DNA of 64,000 nt from Acidobacteriota bacterium (GCA_020850715.1 JADZED010000049.1:3693-67692); one strand, 5' to 3'; shown: positions 41,901 to 52,643, counted from the stretch's first letter. The notes: generated from the sequence alone by a model not told the origin. Translations and numbers: made by a program.

Positions 41901-42845
41901 TCAGCCGACCCGGAGGAGCTTGCGCAGGCGCGGCTCGACGTCTTCGCCAATCGCGTCGCGCACGAAGTCGTGCGCGCGGCGCAGACGGGAAAGCGCCTGC
42001 GTGTAGGTGAGCCCTCCCTTCTGCATCACGAGCGCCGCCTTCACGTTCCAGCGGGCGCGCCGGAGTAGCAGGTCGGCCTCGTCGTACTCGAGGCCGGTGA
42101 CGATCGTCACGATGCGGCGCGCGCGGTCGCGCAGCTTCTGCGACCCGGTCTGGAGATCGACCATGAGGTTGCCGTAGGTCTTGCCGATGCGCACCATCGC
42201 CGCGGTGGTGAGCATGTTGAGGACGATCTTGGTGGCCGTACCCGCCTTCAGGCGCGTCGACCCGGCGATCACCTCGGCGCCCACGTCTGGCGCGATCGTC
42301 AGATCGACAAAGGTCTGCAGCTCGGTGTGCGGATCGCAGGTGACGAAGATGATCTTCATGCCGGCGCGCCGGGCGCGCGTCAGCGCGCCGCGGACGAACT
42401 GCGTCATCCCGCTCGCCGACACGCCGATCACGACGTCCTTGCGGGTCGGCCGCAGGCGGTTGATCGAGCGGGCGCCCTCCTCGTAGTTGTCCTCCACACC
42501 CTCCTTCGCGCTGAAGATCGCGTTCTTGCCGCCCGCCATGATCGCGTGGACCAGCTCGGGCGGCGTGCCGAAGGTGAGCGGCATCTCGGCGGATTCGACG
42601 ATCCCGAGCCGGCCGCTCGTGCCGGCGCCCACGAAGACGATGCGCCCGCCCTTGCGGAGCGCCTGCGTGATGATCTCGACGCCCACCGCGATCCGGTCCT
42701 TCTCGCGCTGGACCGCGGCGAGCATCCGGCGATCCTCGTTGATCATCAGGTCGACGATGTCGCCGGGGGAGAGCTTGTCGATCGCGAGCGTCGCGGGGTT
42801 GATGGCCTCGGTGGGAAGCGATTGCCACTTGGAGCGTACAGGCAT
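41901..42845 (-). CDS. murQ: N-acetylmuramic acid 6-phosphate etherase
   Basis: LPTEAINPATLAIDKLSP..., SIS domain RIVFVGAGTSGRLG, and ...STRLKAGTATKIVLNMLTT. Confidence 0.9.
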   Translation of the reverse strand: MPVRSKWQSLPTEAINPATLAIDKLSPGDIVDLMINEDRRMLAAVQREKDRIAVGVEIITQALRKGGRIVFVGAGTSGRLGIVESAEMPLTFGTPPELVHAIMAGGKNAIFSAKEGVEDNYEEGARSINRLRPTRKDVVIGVSASGMTQFVRGALTRARRAGMKIIFVTCDPHTELQTFVDLTIAPDVGAEVIAGSTRLKAGTATKIVLNMLTTAAMVRIGKTYGNLMVDLQTGSQKLRDRARRIVTIVTGLEYDEADLLLRRARWNVKAALVMQKGGLTYTQALSRLRRAHDFVRDAIGEDVEPRLRKLLRVG

Positions 42846-42910
42846 CTAGGCCGACCTCAAGAGCACACGCCGCGGATACTATCATACGCTGTGCGCGGCG
42901 CGGCCCTCCG

Positions 42911-43786
42911 ATGATCGACGCCTATCTGAACCATCTGCGCGTCGAGCGCCGCCTCGCCGATCACACGCTCGAGAGCTACGCCCGCGACCTGCGCGCGCTG
43001 GCGCGCTTCGCGGCCGGCCTCGACCGCGCGCCCGAGGCACTGGACCGCCGCGCACTCGAGGCGTTCGTCCGCCGGCAGATGAGCGCCGGGCTGTCGCCCC
43101 GATCGGTCGCGCGGGCGGTCGCGGCGGTGCGCGGCTACTACCGCTTTCTCGCCATCGGCGGGCGCCTCGCCGAGAACCCCGCCGACGGCCTGCGGCCGCC
43201 GCAGGCGTGGCCGGCGCTGCCCAAGTTCCTGGCGATCGACGAGGTGGATGCGCTGCTGGCGCAGCCCGACGTCGCGACGCCACGCGGGCTGCGGGACCGC
43301 GCGATGATCGAACTGCTGTACGCGACCGGCATGCGCGTGTCGGAACTGGTCGGCGTGCGCGCTTCCGATCTGCACCTCGACGAGCACTACCTGACGTGCA
43401 TCGGCAAGGGCAGCAAGGAGCGATTGATCCCGATGGGAGACGAGGCGGCCGCCTGGATCCGCCGCTACGCGGACGACGCGCGCCCGCGCCTCGCCAGGAA
43501 GAGGTCGTCGCCGCGTCTGTTCCTGAATGCACGCGGCGGCACGCTCAGCCGCGTCGGCTTCTGGAAGATCCTCAAGGCCCACGCCGCGCGGGCGGGCCTC
43601 CGGCAGGCGATCAGCCCCCACGTGCTGCGGCACTCCTTCGCCACGCACCTGCTCGAGCGGGGCGCCGACCTGCGCGCGATCCAGTTGATGCTCGGGCACG
43701 CGGATCTCTCGACCACGCAGATCTACACGCACGTCCTCGAGGCGCGGCTCAAGGCCGTGTACGATCGCTTTCACCCCCGCGCCTGA
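42911..43786 (+). CDS. xerD: Tyrosine site-specific recombinase XerD (XerC/XerD family)
   Basis: YLNHLRVERRLADHTLESYARDLRAL. Catalytic R...HxxR...Y is present (ATGMRVSELVG, HVLRHSFATHLLERGADLRAIQLMLGHADLSTTQIYTHV). The XerD versus XerC assignment is tentative. Confidence 0.85.
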   Translation: MIDAYLNHLRVERRLADHTLESYARDLRALARFAAGLDRAPEALDRRALEAFVRRQMSAGLSPRSVARAVAAVRGYYRFLAIGGRLAENPADGLRPPQAWPALPKFLAIDEVDALLAQPDVATPRGLRDRAMIELLYATGMRVSELVGVRASDLHLDEHYLTCIGKGSKERLIPMGDEAAAWIRRYADDARPRLARKRSSPRLFLNARGGTLSRVGFWKILKAHAARAGLRQAISPHVLRHSFATHLLERGADLRAIQLMLGHADLSTTQIYTHVLEARLKAVYDRFHPRA

Positions 43787-43941
43787 TTTGCTAGACTTAG
43801 CCGTTTCAGCGAGCTGGGCCGCGGCACCACCGGCGACACCCTGGACCGACGGGGATTCCCCTTCGTTCGCGTCCGCCGTGTCCTTCGTGATCACGCGACG
43901 CCGGGCGCGTTTCGACCACCTCTACCGAAGGAGCACTCGGC

Positions 43942-45093
<1,152 letters not shown>

Positions 45094-45098
45094 ATCCT

Positions 45099-46883
45099 TT
45101 GAAGCCTCGTCTTCTGGCCGCGGCGATCCTGGGGCTCGCCGCGGCCGGACTCTTCAGCATCACCCTTCCGCCCGCCCGTCTTGCGCTTCCGACTCCATTC
45201 TCCGACGGTTCGATTCCCGGCGTCGTCCACGTGCACACCAATCGCTCGGACGGCCAGAGCGGGATCGACCTCATCGCCGCAGCCGCCGCGCGCGCCGGCC
45301 TGAAGTTCGTCGTGTTCACCGACCACGGCGACGCGACCGCACCGCCCCAGCCGCCCGCGTATCGCGGCGGCGTGCTCTGCATCGATGCCGTCGAAATCAG
45401 CACCTCCGGCGGCCACGTCGTGGCGCTCGACATGCCGGCCGCCCCCTACCCGCTTGCCGGCGAGCCGGCCGCCGTGATCGAAGACATCCATCGCCTCGGC
45501 GGCTTCGCCATCGCCGCCCACCCTGATTCGCCGAGGCCCGAGCTGCGATGGCGCGACTGGGAGGCGCCGGTCGACGGGGTCGAGACGCTGAACCTCGATA
45601 CCGGGTGGCGTACGTGGGCGCAGCGCGCGGGCCTGCCCGGCCAGGGCACGGCACCCGTCGGCGGCGGAGACCAAGGATCGAGCCCCTGGCGGGCGCGCGC
45701 CCGCTTGCTGACGGCGCTGCTCGGCTACCCGTTCCGGCCGGTCGAGACGATCGGCGCCCTGTCGCACGCGCGGGCGAACATCGGTCCCTACGCAGCCCTC
45801 ATCGAGCGTCGCCGGGTGATCTCGATTGCCGGCGCCGACGCCCACGCCCGCCTCGAGTACCGCGGCGACGGATCGGGATCTGGACCGTCGCTCCCGCTCC
45901 CCGGCTACCTGCCGACATTCCGCGCGATGTCGGTGCACGTCACGACCGAGCGCCCCTTCACCGGCGATCCCATCGAAGACGGCCGGCTGGTGGTAGCGGC
46001 GATCCGCGCCGGCCGTCTGTACACCGTCGTCGACGCGCTGGCGACGCCGGCGTCAATCGAGTTCAGCGCGGCCAACGCGTCCGGCACAGCAAGACCGGGA
46101 GATCTGCTGGCGCCGGGAGGGGCGATCAAACTGACGGTGCACAGCAACATGCCGCCCGAGTTCGAAGCGACGATCTGGAACGGCGGCGAGCCGATCGGCG
46201 CGGCTCACCGGGAGCAGGAGTTCACGGTGGCGCCGTCGTCGCAGACCGGCGCGTTCTGGGTCAGCATCGCCTCGACGCGAGACGGCCAGGAAGGCTCGAC
46301 CTGGATCCGCACGAACCCGATCTACGTGCGCGCCAGCCCCGAACCGATCGCGCCCGCGACCGAGCAGGATGATGTCGCGTCATCCGAGCCCGAAGGGGAG
46401 CCGTTGTTCGACGGCGAGACGATGGCGGGATGGGCCGTCGAGCACGACACGAGCTCGCAGGGCGCGGTGAACGTGGCCCAACTGGTCGACGGCCGGGCGC
46501 TCCTGCTTCGCTTCGGGCTCGGGGACGGCGGTCCGGCCGCCTCGCCCTTCGTCGCGCTCGTGCGCGACATACCCGCAGGGCTCCCGCCGGGAGCCAGGGT
46601 CGCGTTCGAAATCCGATCGGAGCAGCCGATGCGCGTGTCCCTCCAGGTCCGCGCGCCGGGGGGGGCCGAGCCGGGGGAGCGATGGCAGACGTCGCTCTAT
46701 GCCGAGCCGACGCCGCGCGCGTACTCCATCCCGATCGCCGTCCTCACGCCTGCCGGAGCGGCCGGCACGCCGCATGCGCCCTTCCAGGAGATCCGCAGCC
46801 TGCTGTTTGTCGTCGACTCGCTCAATACACGTCCGGGAGCCTCGAGCCGGCTGTGGGTCTCGAGGCCGGCGCTGGCGAGGTAG
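45099..46883 (+). CDS. PHP-domain (CehA/McbA-like) metal-dependent phosphoesterase with signal/anchor and C-terminal beta-rich domains
   Basis: GVVHVHTNRSDGQSGIDLIAAAAARAGLKFVVFTDHGD is a PHP motif, followed later by AAHPDS. TTG start inferred at 45099, 3 nt (tcc) after the metK stop. The ORF-track start (45042) overlaps metK. Confidence 0.7.
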   Translation: MKPRLLAAAILGLAAAGLFSITLPPARLALPTPFSDGSIPGVVHVHTNRSDGQSGIDLIAAAAARAGLKFVVFTDHGDATAPPQPPAYRGGVLCIDAVEISTSGGHVVALDMPAAPYPLAGEPAAVIEDIHRLGGFAIAAHPDSPRPELRWRDWEAPVDGVETLNLDTGWRTWAQRAGLPGQGTAPVGGGDQGSSPWRARARLLTALLGYPFRPVETIGALSHARANIGPYAALIERRRVISIAGADAHARLEYRGDGSGSGPSLPLPGYLPTFRAMSVHVTTERPFTGDPIEDGRLVVAAIRAGRLYTVVDALATPASIEFSAANASGTARPGDLLAPGGAIKLTVHSNMPPEFEATIWNGGEPIGAAHREQEFTVAPSSQTGAFWVSIASTRDGQEGSTWIRTNPIYVRASPEPIAPATEQDDVASSEPEGEPLFDGETMAGWAVEHDTSSQGAVNVAQLVDGRALLLRFGLGDGGPAASPFVALVRDIPAGLPPGARVAFEIRSEQPMRVSLQVRAPGGAEPGERWQTSLYAEPTPRAYSIPIAVLTPAGAAGTPHAPFQEIRSLLFVVDSLNTRPGASSRLWVSRPALAR

Positions 46884-47051
46884 GCGGAAGCCGGCGCCGC
46901 ATCGGCCAATCTGACGCGACCATCGACGGCCGGCCAGGGTGCGCAACGCAACGTGCACATTCGCGCGGACGAGATGTCCCGCCTCGTCGACGGCCCGGCG
47001 TACCGGTCGCAATCATTTCTTTCCGAGGAGCAGCAGGGTGCGCCGCGGTGT

Positions 47052-49412
47052 CTATGTCCGGGCGCTGAGAATCAGATAGCCCGCCACGGCTCCAAACAGG
47101 ATATTCGGCGCCCATGCCGCCAGCATCGGCGCAATCCATCCGGCGGCGCCGATCGCCCCGAACACGCTCATCGCCGTCCAGTACACGATCGCGACGACGA
47201 TGCCGATCCCGATGCCGTACAGCGCGCCGCGCCTGCCGGTCGTCACGGCGAAGGGCACCGCGAGCATCGTCATGATCAGCGTAACGAACGGAAAGGCGAT
47301 CTTCCGCTGGAGCTGCACCATGTAGGGCACGGCGTTGAAGCCGCTGACGTGCAACTGCTCGACGTAGGTCCTGAGCTCCCGATACGTCATGCGCTCGGCG
47401 TCAGGTTCGTCGGTCTTGAAATAGTCGGGGGGCTCGAGATCGATCGCGCGTTGCGTGAACGGGTCGTAGGTGACCTTGACCGCACCCGTGTCGGTCCCAG
47501 CCGGGTCGGCGAACGTACGCCGCCAGCCGTCGCGCGCCGTCCAGCCGGGCGTCGGACCGCCGTTTCGAACCAGGTCGACCTGCCGGGCATACATCAGGCC
47601 GCTCAGGCGCCATCGGCCGGGATCGAGCTGGTAGGTCGATAGATTGTTGAAGCGGTTCGTCCGCGCATCGAAGAAGTCGTAATGGTAGATGTCGCCGTTC
47701 TCGGACACGATCCAGCGTCGATCCAGCGCGCCTTCGCTGAGCGGCGGATAGCCGCGGATGACGCGATTCAGCTGCCCCGCCTCGCGATTCGAGTAGGCGA
47801 GCACCTTCTCCTGCAGGCCGAACAGCAGCGCGCTCGCGAGCAGCGCGAAAGCGACCAGCGGCGCGGCGGCACGGTAGAGGCTGATGCCGCACGCCTTCAT
47901 GATCACGAGCTCGCTGTTCTTCGTCATCAGCCCTATGGTGACCAGCGCCGACACGAGCGCCGCCATCGGGATCACGTAGTAGACGAATTGGGGCGTCTGG
48001 AAGAAGAAGTAGCGCAGCATCACGCCCGCAGTCGTGTTGCCGCGAAACAGCTTCTCGGCCAGGTCCATGAAGGTGGAGATGTAGAAGATGCCGAGCAGCG
48101 ACACGACCGCAACGACGAAGGTCCGCAGGTACTGTCGCGCGACGTAGAGATCCAGCAGGCCGGGCCGCGGCAGGTTCAGGTGCGGCACGCGGACGACGAG
48201 CACAACGCGCGGGGGCGGCTGCACGACCGCCGCGCTTCCGGGCCCCGGGGCGCCCCCGGCAGGAGGAACCCGGCGCCAGAACGCCGGGATCGTGAGCCGG
48301 ATCGGCTGGTCGGCCGACCGCACGCGCCAGGCCAGCAGCAGCGTGCCCGCGACGGCAATCAGGATGTTCGGCAGCCACGGTCCGAGCTCTGCCGGCAGCT
48401 GGCCGCCCTTGGCGAGCGAGCGGCCGGTCCACATGATGATGTAGTAGACGAAGACGACGCCGAAGCCGAGCACGAAGCTCGCAAGCTTGCCGTCCTTGCG
48501 ATGGCTCACGCCAAGCCCCAGGCCGATCAGCGCCAGCACCAGGCAGGCCGCCGGGAGCGAGAACTTCTGCTGAATCATCAGCCGCTGGTCGTAGGCCGGA
48601 TCGGCGCGCGCGGCGGCGGCGGCGATGTCCGCCCGCAGTTCCGCGATCGTCATCTCCGGCGCGCCCTTCAGGATCTGAACGCGCGGGAACACCGTCTCGG
48701 CATCGAGGTTGAGCACCACCGTCTCGAGGGTCGAGGTCTCGTACTCATCCGGCTTTGCCGCGAACGTCGTATGGCGCGCGGCCGCCGTCAGGACGAGCTG
48801 CACCGTCCGTTTGCCCTGGTCGACGAGGAGCCGGCCCTCCCTGGCGAAGTACACCGTCGTCTGGCCAGGCTGCGTCGAATCGGCGAGGAAGACGTCCTGC
48901 CACCGGCCGTCGGTCGCGCGGTCGCGGACATACAGCACCCGGTTCGGGAACTGGTCGAAGAACACGCGCGGCTTCACGTCGTTCTGGGCCTTGGAGGCGA
49001 CGACGCCGAAGGTAATCTCGCGGAAGCGCTGGTTGGCCTGGGGAAGCGCGACGATGGTCACCCAGGCGTTGAAGGCGCAGGCGGCGATGGCGAGCACGCC
49101 GATCGGCCAGAGCAGGCGCAGCACGCTGACGCCGCACGCCTGCAGCGCCACGAACTCGCGGTCGGCCGACATCCGCCCGAGCGCCATCAGGATGCCGACG
49201 AGCAGCGCCATCGGGATCACGATGCTCAGCGAGGAGGGGAGCAGCGTGATCAGGACCTGGACGACGGTGTACCAGTCGACACCCTTCTCGATCAGCTTCT
49301 CCCCCTGATCCAGAATGACCGGGATCTCGAGGACGAAAGCGAGAAGCACCAGTCCGATCAGGAAGGGGACCAGCGCCTGGCGCACCAGGTACCGATCGAG
49401 GAGTCTCAGCAC
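47052..49412 (-). CDS. Fused LptF-LptG LPS-export permease (two YjgP/YjgQ modules in one reading frame)
   Basis: Module 1 begins (V)LRLLDRYLVRQALVPFL... . Module 2 begins ...GLLDLYVARQYLRTFVVAV... . There is no stop codon between them. Each module has the 6-TM plus periplasmic beta-jellyroll layout. Confidence 0.8.
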   Translation of the reverse strand: MLRLLDRYLVRQALVPFLIGLVLLAFVLEIPVILDQGEKLIEKGVDWYTVVQVLITLLPSSLSIVIPMALLVGILMALGRMSADREFVALQACGVSVLRLLWPIGVLAIAACAFNAWVTIVALPQANQRFREITFGVVASKAQNDVKPRVFFDQFPNRVLYVRDRATDGRWQDVFLADSTQPGQTTVYFAREGRLLVDQGKRTVQLVLTAAARHTTFAAKPDEYETSTLETVVLNLDAETVFPRVQILKGAPEMTIAELRADIAAAAARADPAYDQRLMIQQKFSLPAACLVLALIGLGLGVSHRKDGKLASFVLGFGVVFVYYIIMWTGRSLAKGGQLPAELGPWLPNILIAVAGTLLLAWRVRSADQPIRLTIPAFWRRVPPAGGAPGPGSAAVVQPPPRVVLVVRVPHLNLPRPGLLDLYVARQYLRTFVVAVVSLLGIFYISTFMDLAEKLFRGNTTAGVMLRYFFFQTPQFVYYVIPMAALVSALVTIGLMTKNSELVIMKACGISLYRAAAPLVAFALLASALLFGLQEKVLAYSNREAGQLNRVIRGYPPLSEGALDRRWIVSENGDIYHYDFFDARTNRFNNLSTYQLDPGRWRLSGLMYARQVDLVRNGGPTPGWTARDGWRRTFADPAGTDTGAVKVTYDPFTQRAIDLEPPDYFKTDEPDAERMTYRELRTYVEQLHVSGFNAVPYMVQLQRKIAFPFVTLIMTMLAVPFAVTTGRRGALYGIGIGIVVAIVYWTAMSVFGAIGAAGWIAPMLAAWAPNILFGAVAGYLILSART

Positions 49413-49464
49413 CGGAGCGACCAGATTAGCACCATCGCTGATACGAGGCGGCGCACGGACGCGC

Positions 49465-50370
49465 CTACCCCCAGGCCCCGTTGTCGGCGTATCCCAGCCG
49501 GCGAAGCTCCGCGCCGGCGACCTCCTCGAAGATCGCCCTCGCGTCCGCGTCGAACAGCTCGCGCCAGCGTCCGGCTCGCCCGACATTGAACGTCGCGGCC
49601 TGCTGGTCGAACAGGCGATCGCAAATCCCTTCGATTCGCGAGTCCTGATGCTGGAGCCCGAGGAAGGACGCAATCCGCGCGATCTCGGCGCGCTGGCGTT
49701 CTCGAGTCCCTCCGCCTCTCTCGCCGACGAGCGTCTCGAACCGCGAGAAGATCACGCGGGGATGTTGCTCCCACAGGAGGTAGCTGCGCAACACCGTGCC
49801 GATGTCGGCAAAGCCCGTGTAGCCGTCATAGTACCCGGAGCGCACGACCGCTTCGTCCCGCCGGCAGGCGGCCGCCGGCGCTCCAACGATGGCGGCCCGC
49901 AGCTTGGCGGCCTCGTCGGGCAGCGATTCGAAGTATGCGCGAAGCACGTGCGGCTTCAGGCGGCAGACGTGGTCGACGAACGAGATCACGACATCGCGGG
50001 GATCGCGCAGCATCACGACGACGCGCAGGTCCATCCGCGCGGCCATGCGGAGCACGGGTGGGCTCGCGGCCAGGTGACCCCAGGCAAAACGGGTTCCGGC
50101 CATCCGCGCGAGTTGCGCCGCATGACGCTGCCACGGCTGATAGGGCTCCAAGGTCAGCGGGCGGCGCCGCAGCTCGAGAAGGCCGTTGAGCGCGCCCATC
50201 AGCAGGTGTGTCCCGGCCTTGGGCGCCGAGGTCAGCAGGATCTTGCTCCCAGAGGAGCCGTCGCGAAATCGATCGACCCAATCGAGCAGGGCTTCCTCGC
50301 CGCTGTGGAGCAGGCGCCCGGAATAGGACCGCCAGATCGATTGCGGCTGTGTTGGACGTTCCACTCGCAT
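49465..50370 (-). CDS. PAPS-dependent sulfotransferase family protein
   Basis: 5'-PSB-like motif SAPKAGTHLL and 3'-PB-like motif VVMLRDPRDVVISF. Confidence 0.78.
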   Translation of the reverse strand: MRVERPTQPQSIWRSYSGRLLHSGEEALLDWVDRFRDGSSGSKILLTSAPKAGTHLLMGALNGLLELRRRPLTLEPYQPWQRHAAQLARMAGTRFAWGHLAASPPVLRMAARMDLRVVVMLRDPRDVVISFVDHVCRLKPHVLRAYFESLPDEAAKLRAAIVGAPAAACRRDEAVVRSGYYDGYTGFADIGTVLRSYLLWEQHPRVIFSRFETLVGERGGGTRERQRAEIARIASFLGLQHQDSRIEGICDRLFDQQAATFNVGRAGRWRELFDADARAIFEEVAGAELRRLGYADNGAWG

Positions 50371-50438
50371 GCTGTCCGGCCGGATGGCCGCGATCCCCGG
50401 GTGGAAGCGGCCGTGAAGTTCGAGTGTAGATTAGCAGG

Positions 50439-52643
50439 ATGACGCGCGTCGCTCTACTCTGGCACATGCACCAGCCGTTCTACGAGGATCTGGTCACCGG
50501 CGAGCACATCCTGCCGTGGGTGCGTCTCCATGCCTTGAAGGACTATTTCGGCATGGCGGCGCTGCTGCGCGAGTTTCCCCGTGTGCGGGCCACCTTCAAC
50601 CTGGTGCCATCGCTGCTCGTGCAGATCGAGGCGTTTGCCGAGAACCGGGCGCGCGACCACCATCTCGAGCTGGGGCTGAAACCGGCGGCGGCGCTGACCG
50701 AGCCCGAAGGCGCCTTCGTGGTCGAGCATTTCTTCCACGCCCATCGCGAGCACATGATCGGCGCCTTTTCGCGGTATGCCGAGCTGTTCCATCGCCGAGG
50801 CAGCGACTCCGGATCGCCGGAGCATTGGCGCGCCGTGGCGGCGCGCTTCTCGCCCGATGATCTCCGCGACCTGCAGGTGCTCCACAAGCTCGCCTGGGTC
50901 GATCCGATGTATCGAGAGCACGATTCGCGCGTGCAGGCGCTCGCGGCGAAGGGAACGGGCTTCGCCGAAGAGGACAAGGCGGTCCTGCGCGAGGTGGAGC
51001 TCGAGATCCTGGGCAAAGTCATTCCCGAATACCGCGAGGCCGCGAGCCGCGGCCAGGTCGAGCTGTCGACGTCGCCGTTCTATCACCCGATCCTGCCGCT
51101 GCTGTGCGACACGGACGTGTACCTCGCGACTCATCCGGCCTCGCCGATGCCACGCCGGCGGTTTCAGCACCCCGAGGACGCCGACGCTCAGTTGCGCCGG
51201 GCGATCGCATGCCATCGGCGGCTGTTCGGCCAGAGCCCGGCAGGGCTGTGGCCATCGGAAGGATCCGTCTCGAACGCGATGGTGCCGCTTGCGGCCGCCG
51301 CCGGCTTCGGATGGATGGCGAGCGATGAACTGGTGCTCTCGCGGACGCTCGGCGTCGAACTCCGGCGCGACGACCAGGGCCATCTCGTTGAGCCGGAGAT
51401 TCTGTACGCGCCGCGGGCGGTGCGGTCCGGATCAACGTCGATCGCGTGCCTGTTCCGCGACCACCTGCTCTCGGACCTGATCGGCTTCACCTATGCCGGA
51501 TGGCCGGCGGAGGCGGCCGCCAGCGACTTCTGCGCGCGGCTGCTCGAGGCCGGACGTCGTTACGAAGCGCGTACCGGCGGGGGAGAGGCCACCATCCCGA
51601 TCATCCTGGACGGCGAGAACGCCTGGGAGCACTTCCCGGGGGGCGGCCGGCCGTTTCTGCGCGCTTTGTACGGGAGGCTGGAGCGAACGCCTGGGCTGAC
51701 CACCGTGACCTGCACGGAGGCGTGCGCCGGCGTCCGGCCACCCCTGGACGGAATCTTCCCCGGCTCCTGGATTGACGCGAACTTCTACATCTGGATCGGC
51801 CATGCGGACGACCGCACCGCCTGGACGCAACTGGCGGACGCGCGCCGCGCGCTCGACCAGACGCCTGACGCGAGCGAATCGGCGCGGTCGAAGGCGTATG
51901 AAGAGGCGCTCATCGCCGAAGGCAGCGACTGGTTCTGGTGGTACGGCGACGACCACACGTCGGCGCAGGATGCCGCCTTCGACGATCTGTTCCGCCGGCA
52001 CCTGCGGAACGTGTACGGCCTGCTCGGCCTGCCGATCCCGGACGACCTCTTTGTAACCAACATCTCGACGGCCGCAGCCTCGGCGCAGCATGTCGAGCCG
52101 ACCGTCTTCCTCAGGCCGACGATCGACGGCGAAGAGACGAACTACTTCGAGTGGCTCGGCGCCGGCGTGCTCGAGGGCCGCGAGGCTTCCGGGGCGATGC
52201 AGGCGGTGTCGCCCCAGGCGGCCGGCATCAGGCGAGTCCTCTTCGGGTTCGACGCCGAGCGTCTCTACGTCCGGGTCGACGGCGCCCGACCGCTGGTCGA
52301 GCTTCTCGGAGACGGAAGCGCTGTGACCGTGAAGTTCCTCGATCCAGCCGGCGTGTCGTTTACGGCGCGTCAGGTCTCCGGGCACCTGGCGCCCGATTTC
52401 GAGCATCCGGAGGCACCGGACGGCCGAGGGGCCGGATCGATCGACGCGACGCTGGCGGTCGGCTCGGTGCTCGAACTGGCGGTGCGGTTCGCCGCGCTGC
52501 GGGCGCAGCCCGGCCGCGAGGTCTCGTTTGTGGTGCTGGTGACCGACGCGGCGGGCGTCGAGCGCGAACGGTATCCGGTGAATCGGCCGATCGAGGTGCG
52601 GATCCCCGAAGTCGACTTCGAGGCGCGGCATTGGGATGCGTAG
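50439..52643 (+). CDS. Glycoside hydrolase family 57 protein (alpha-glucan branching/amylopullulanase-like)
   Basis: LLWHMHQPFYEDL..., WVRLHALKDYFGM, ELSTSPFYHPILPLL, WPSEGSVS, ILDGENAWEH and GSDWFWWYGDDH. Confidence 0.9.
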   Translation: MTRVALLWHMHQPFYEDLVTGEHILPWVRLHALKDYFGMAALLREFPRVRATFNLVPSLLVQIEAFAENRARDHHLELGLKPAAALTEPEGAFVVEHFFHAHREHMIGAFSRYAELFHRRGSDSGSPEHWRAVAARFSPDDLRDLQVLHKLAWVDPMYREHDSRVQALAAKGTGFAEEDKAVLREVELEILGKVIPEYREAASRGQVELSTSPFYHPILPLLCDTDVYLATHPASPMPRRRFQHPEDADAQLRRAIACHRRLFGQSPAGLWPSEGSVSNAMVPLAAAAGFGWMASDELVLSRTLGVELRRDDQGHLVEPEILYAPRAVRSGSTSIACLFRDHLLSDLIGFTYAGWPAEAAASDFCARLLEAGRRYEARTGGGEATIPIILDGENAWEHFPGGGRPFLRALYGRLERTPGLTTVTCTEACAGVRPPLDGIFPGSWIDANFYIWIGHADDRTAWTQLADARRALDQTPDASESARSKAYEEALIAEGSDWFWWYGDDHTSAQDAAFDDLFRRHLRNVYGLLGLPIPDDLFVTNISTAAASAQHVEPTVFLRPTIDGEETNYFEWLGAGVLEGREASGAMQAVSPQAAGIRRVLFGFDAERLYVRVDGARPLVELLGDGSAVTVKFLDPAGVSFTARQVSGHLAPDFEHPEAPDGRGAGSIDATLAVGSVLELAVRFAALRAQPGREVSFVVLVTDAAGVERERYPVNRPIEVRIPEVDFEARHWDA

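Noticed and set aside
42911-43786. The tyrosine recombinase as a marker of an integrated mobile element.
   Set aside because: The sequence and length fit the chromosomal XerC/XerD dimer-resolution type. The flanking genes (murQ, metK) are housekeeping. I saw no direct repeats, tRNA target or phage/ICE genes.
43787-43941. A SAM riboswitch in the 155-nt leader of metK.
   Set aside because: I could not recognise SAM-I, SAM-II or SAM-V core sequences by eye. Without a covariance-model scan this is unsupported.
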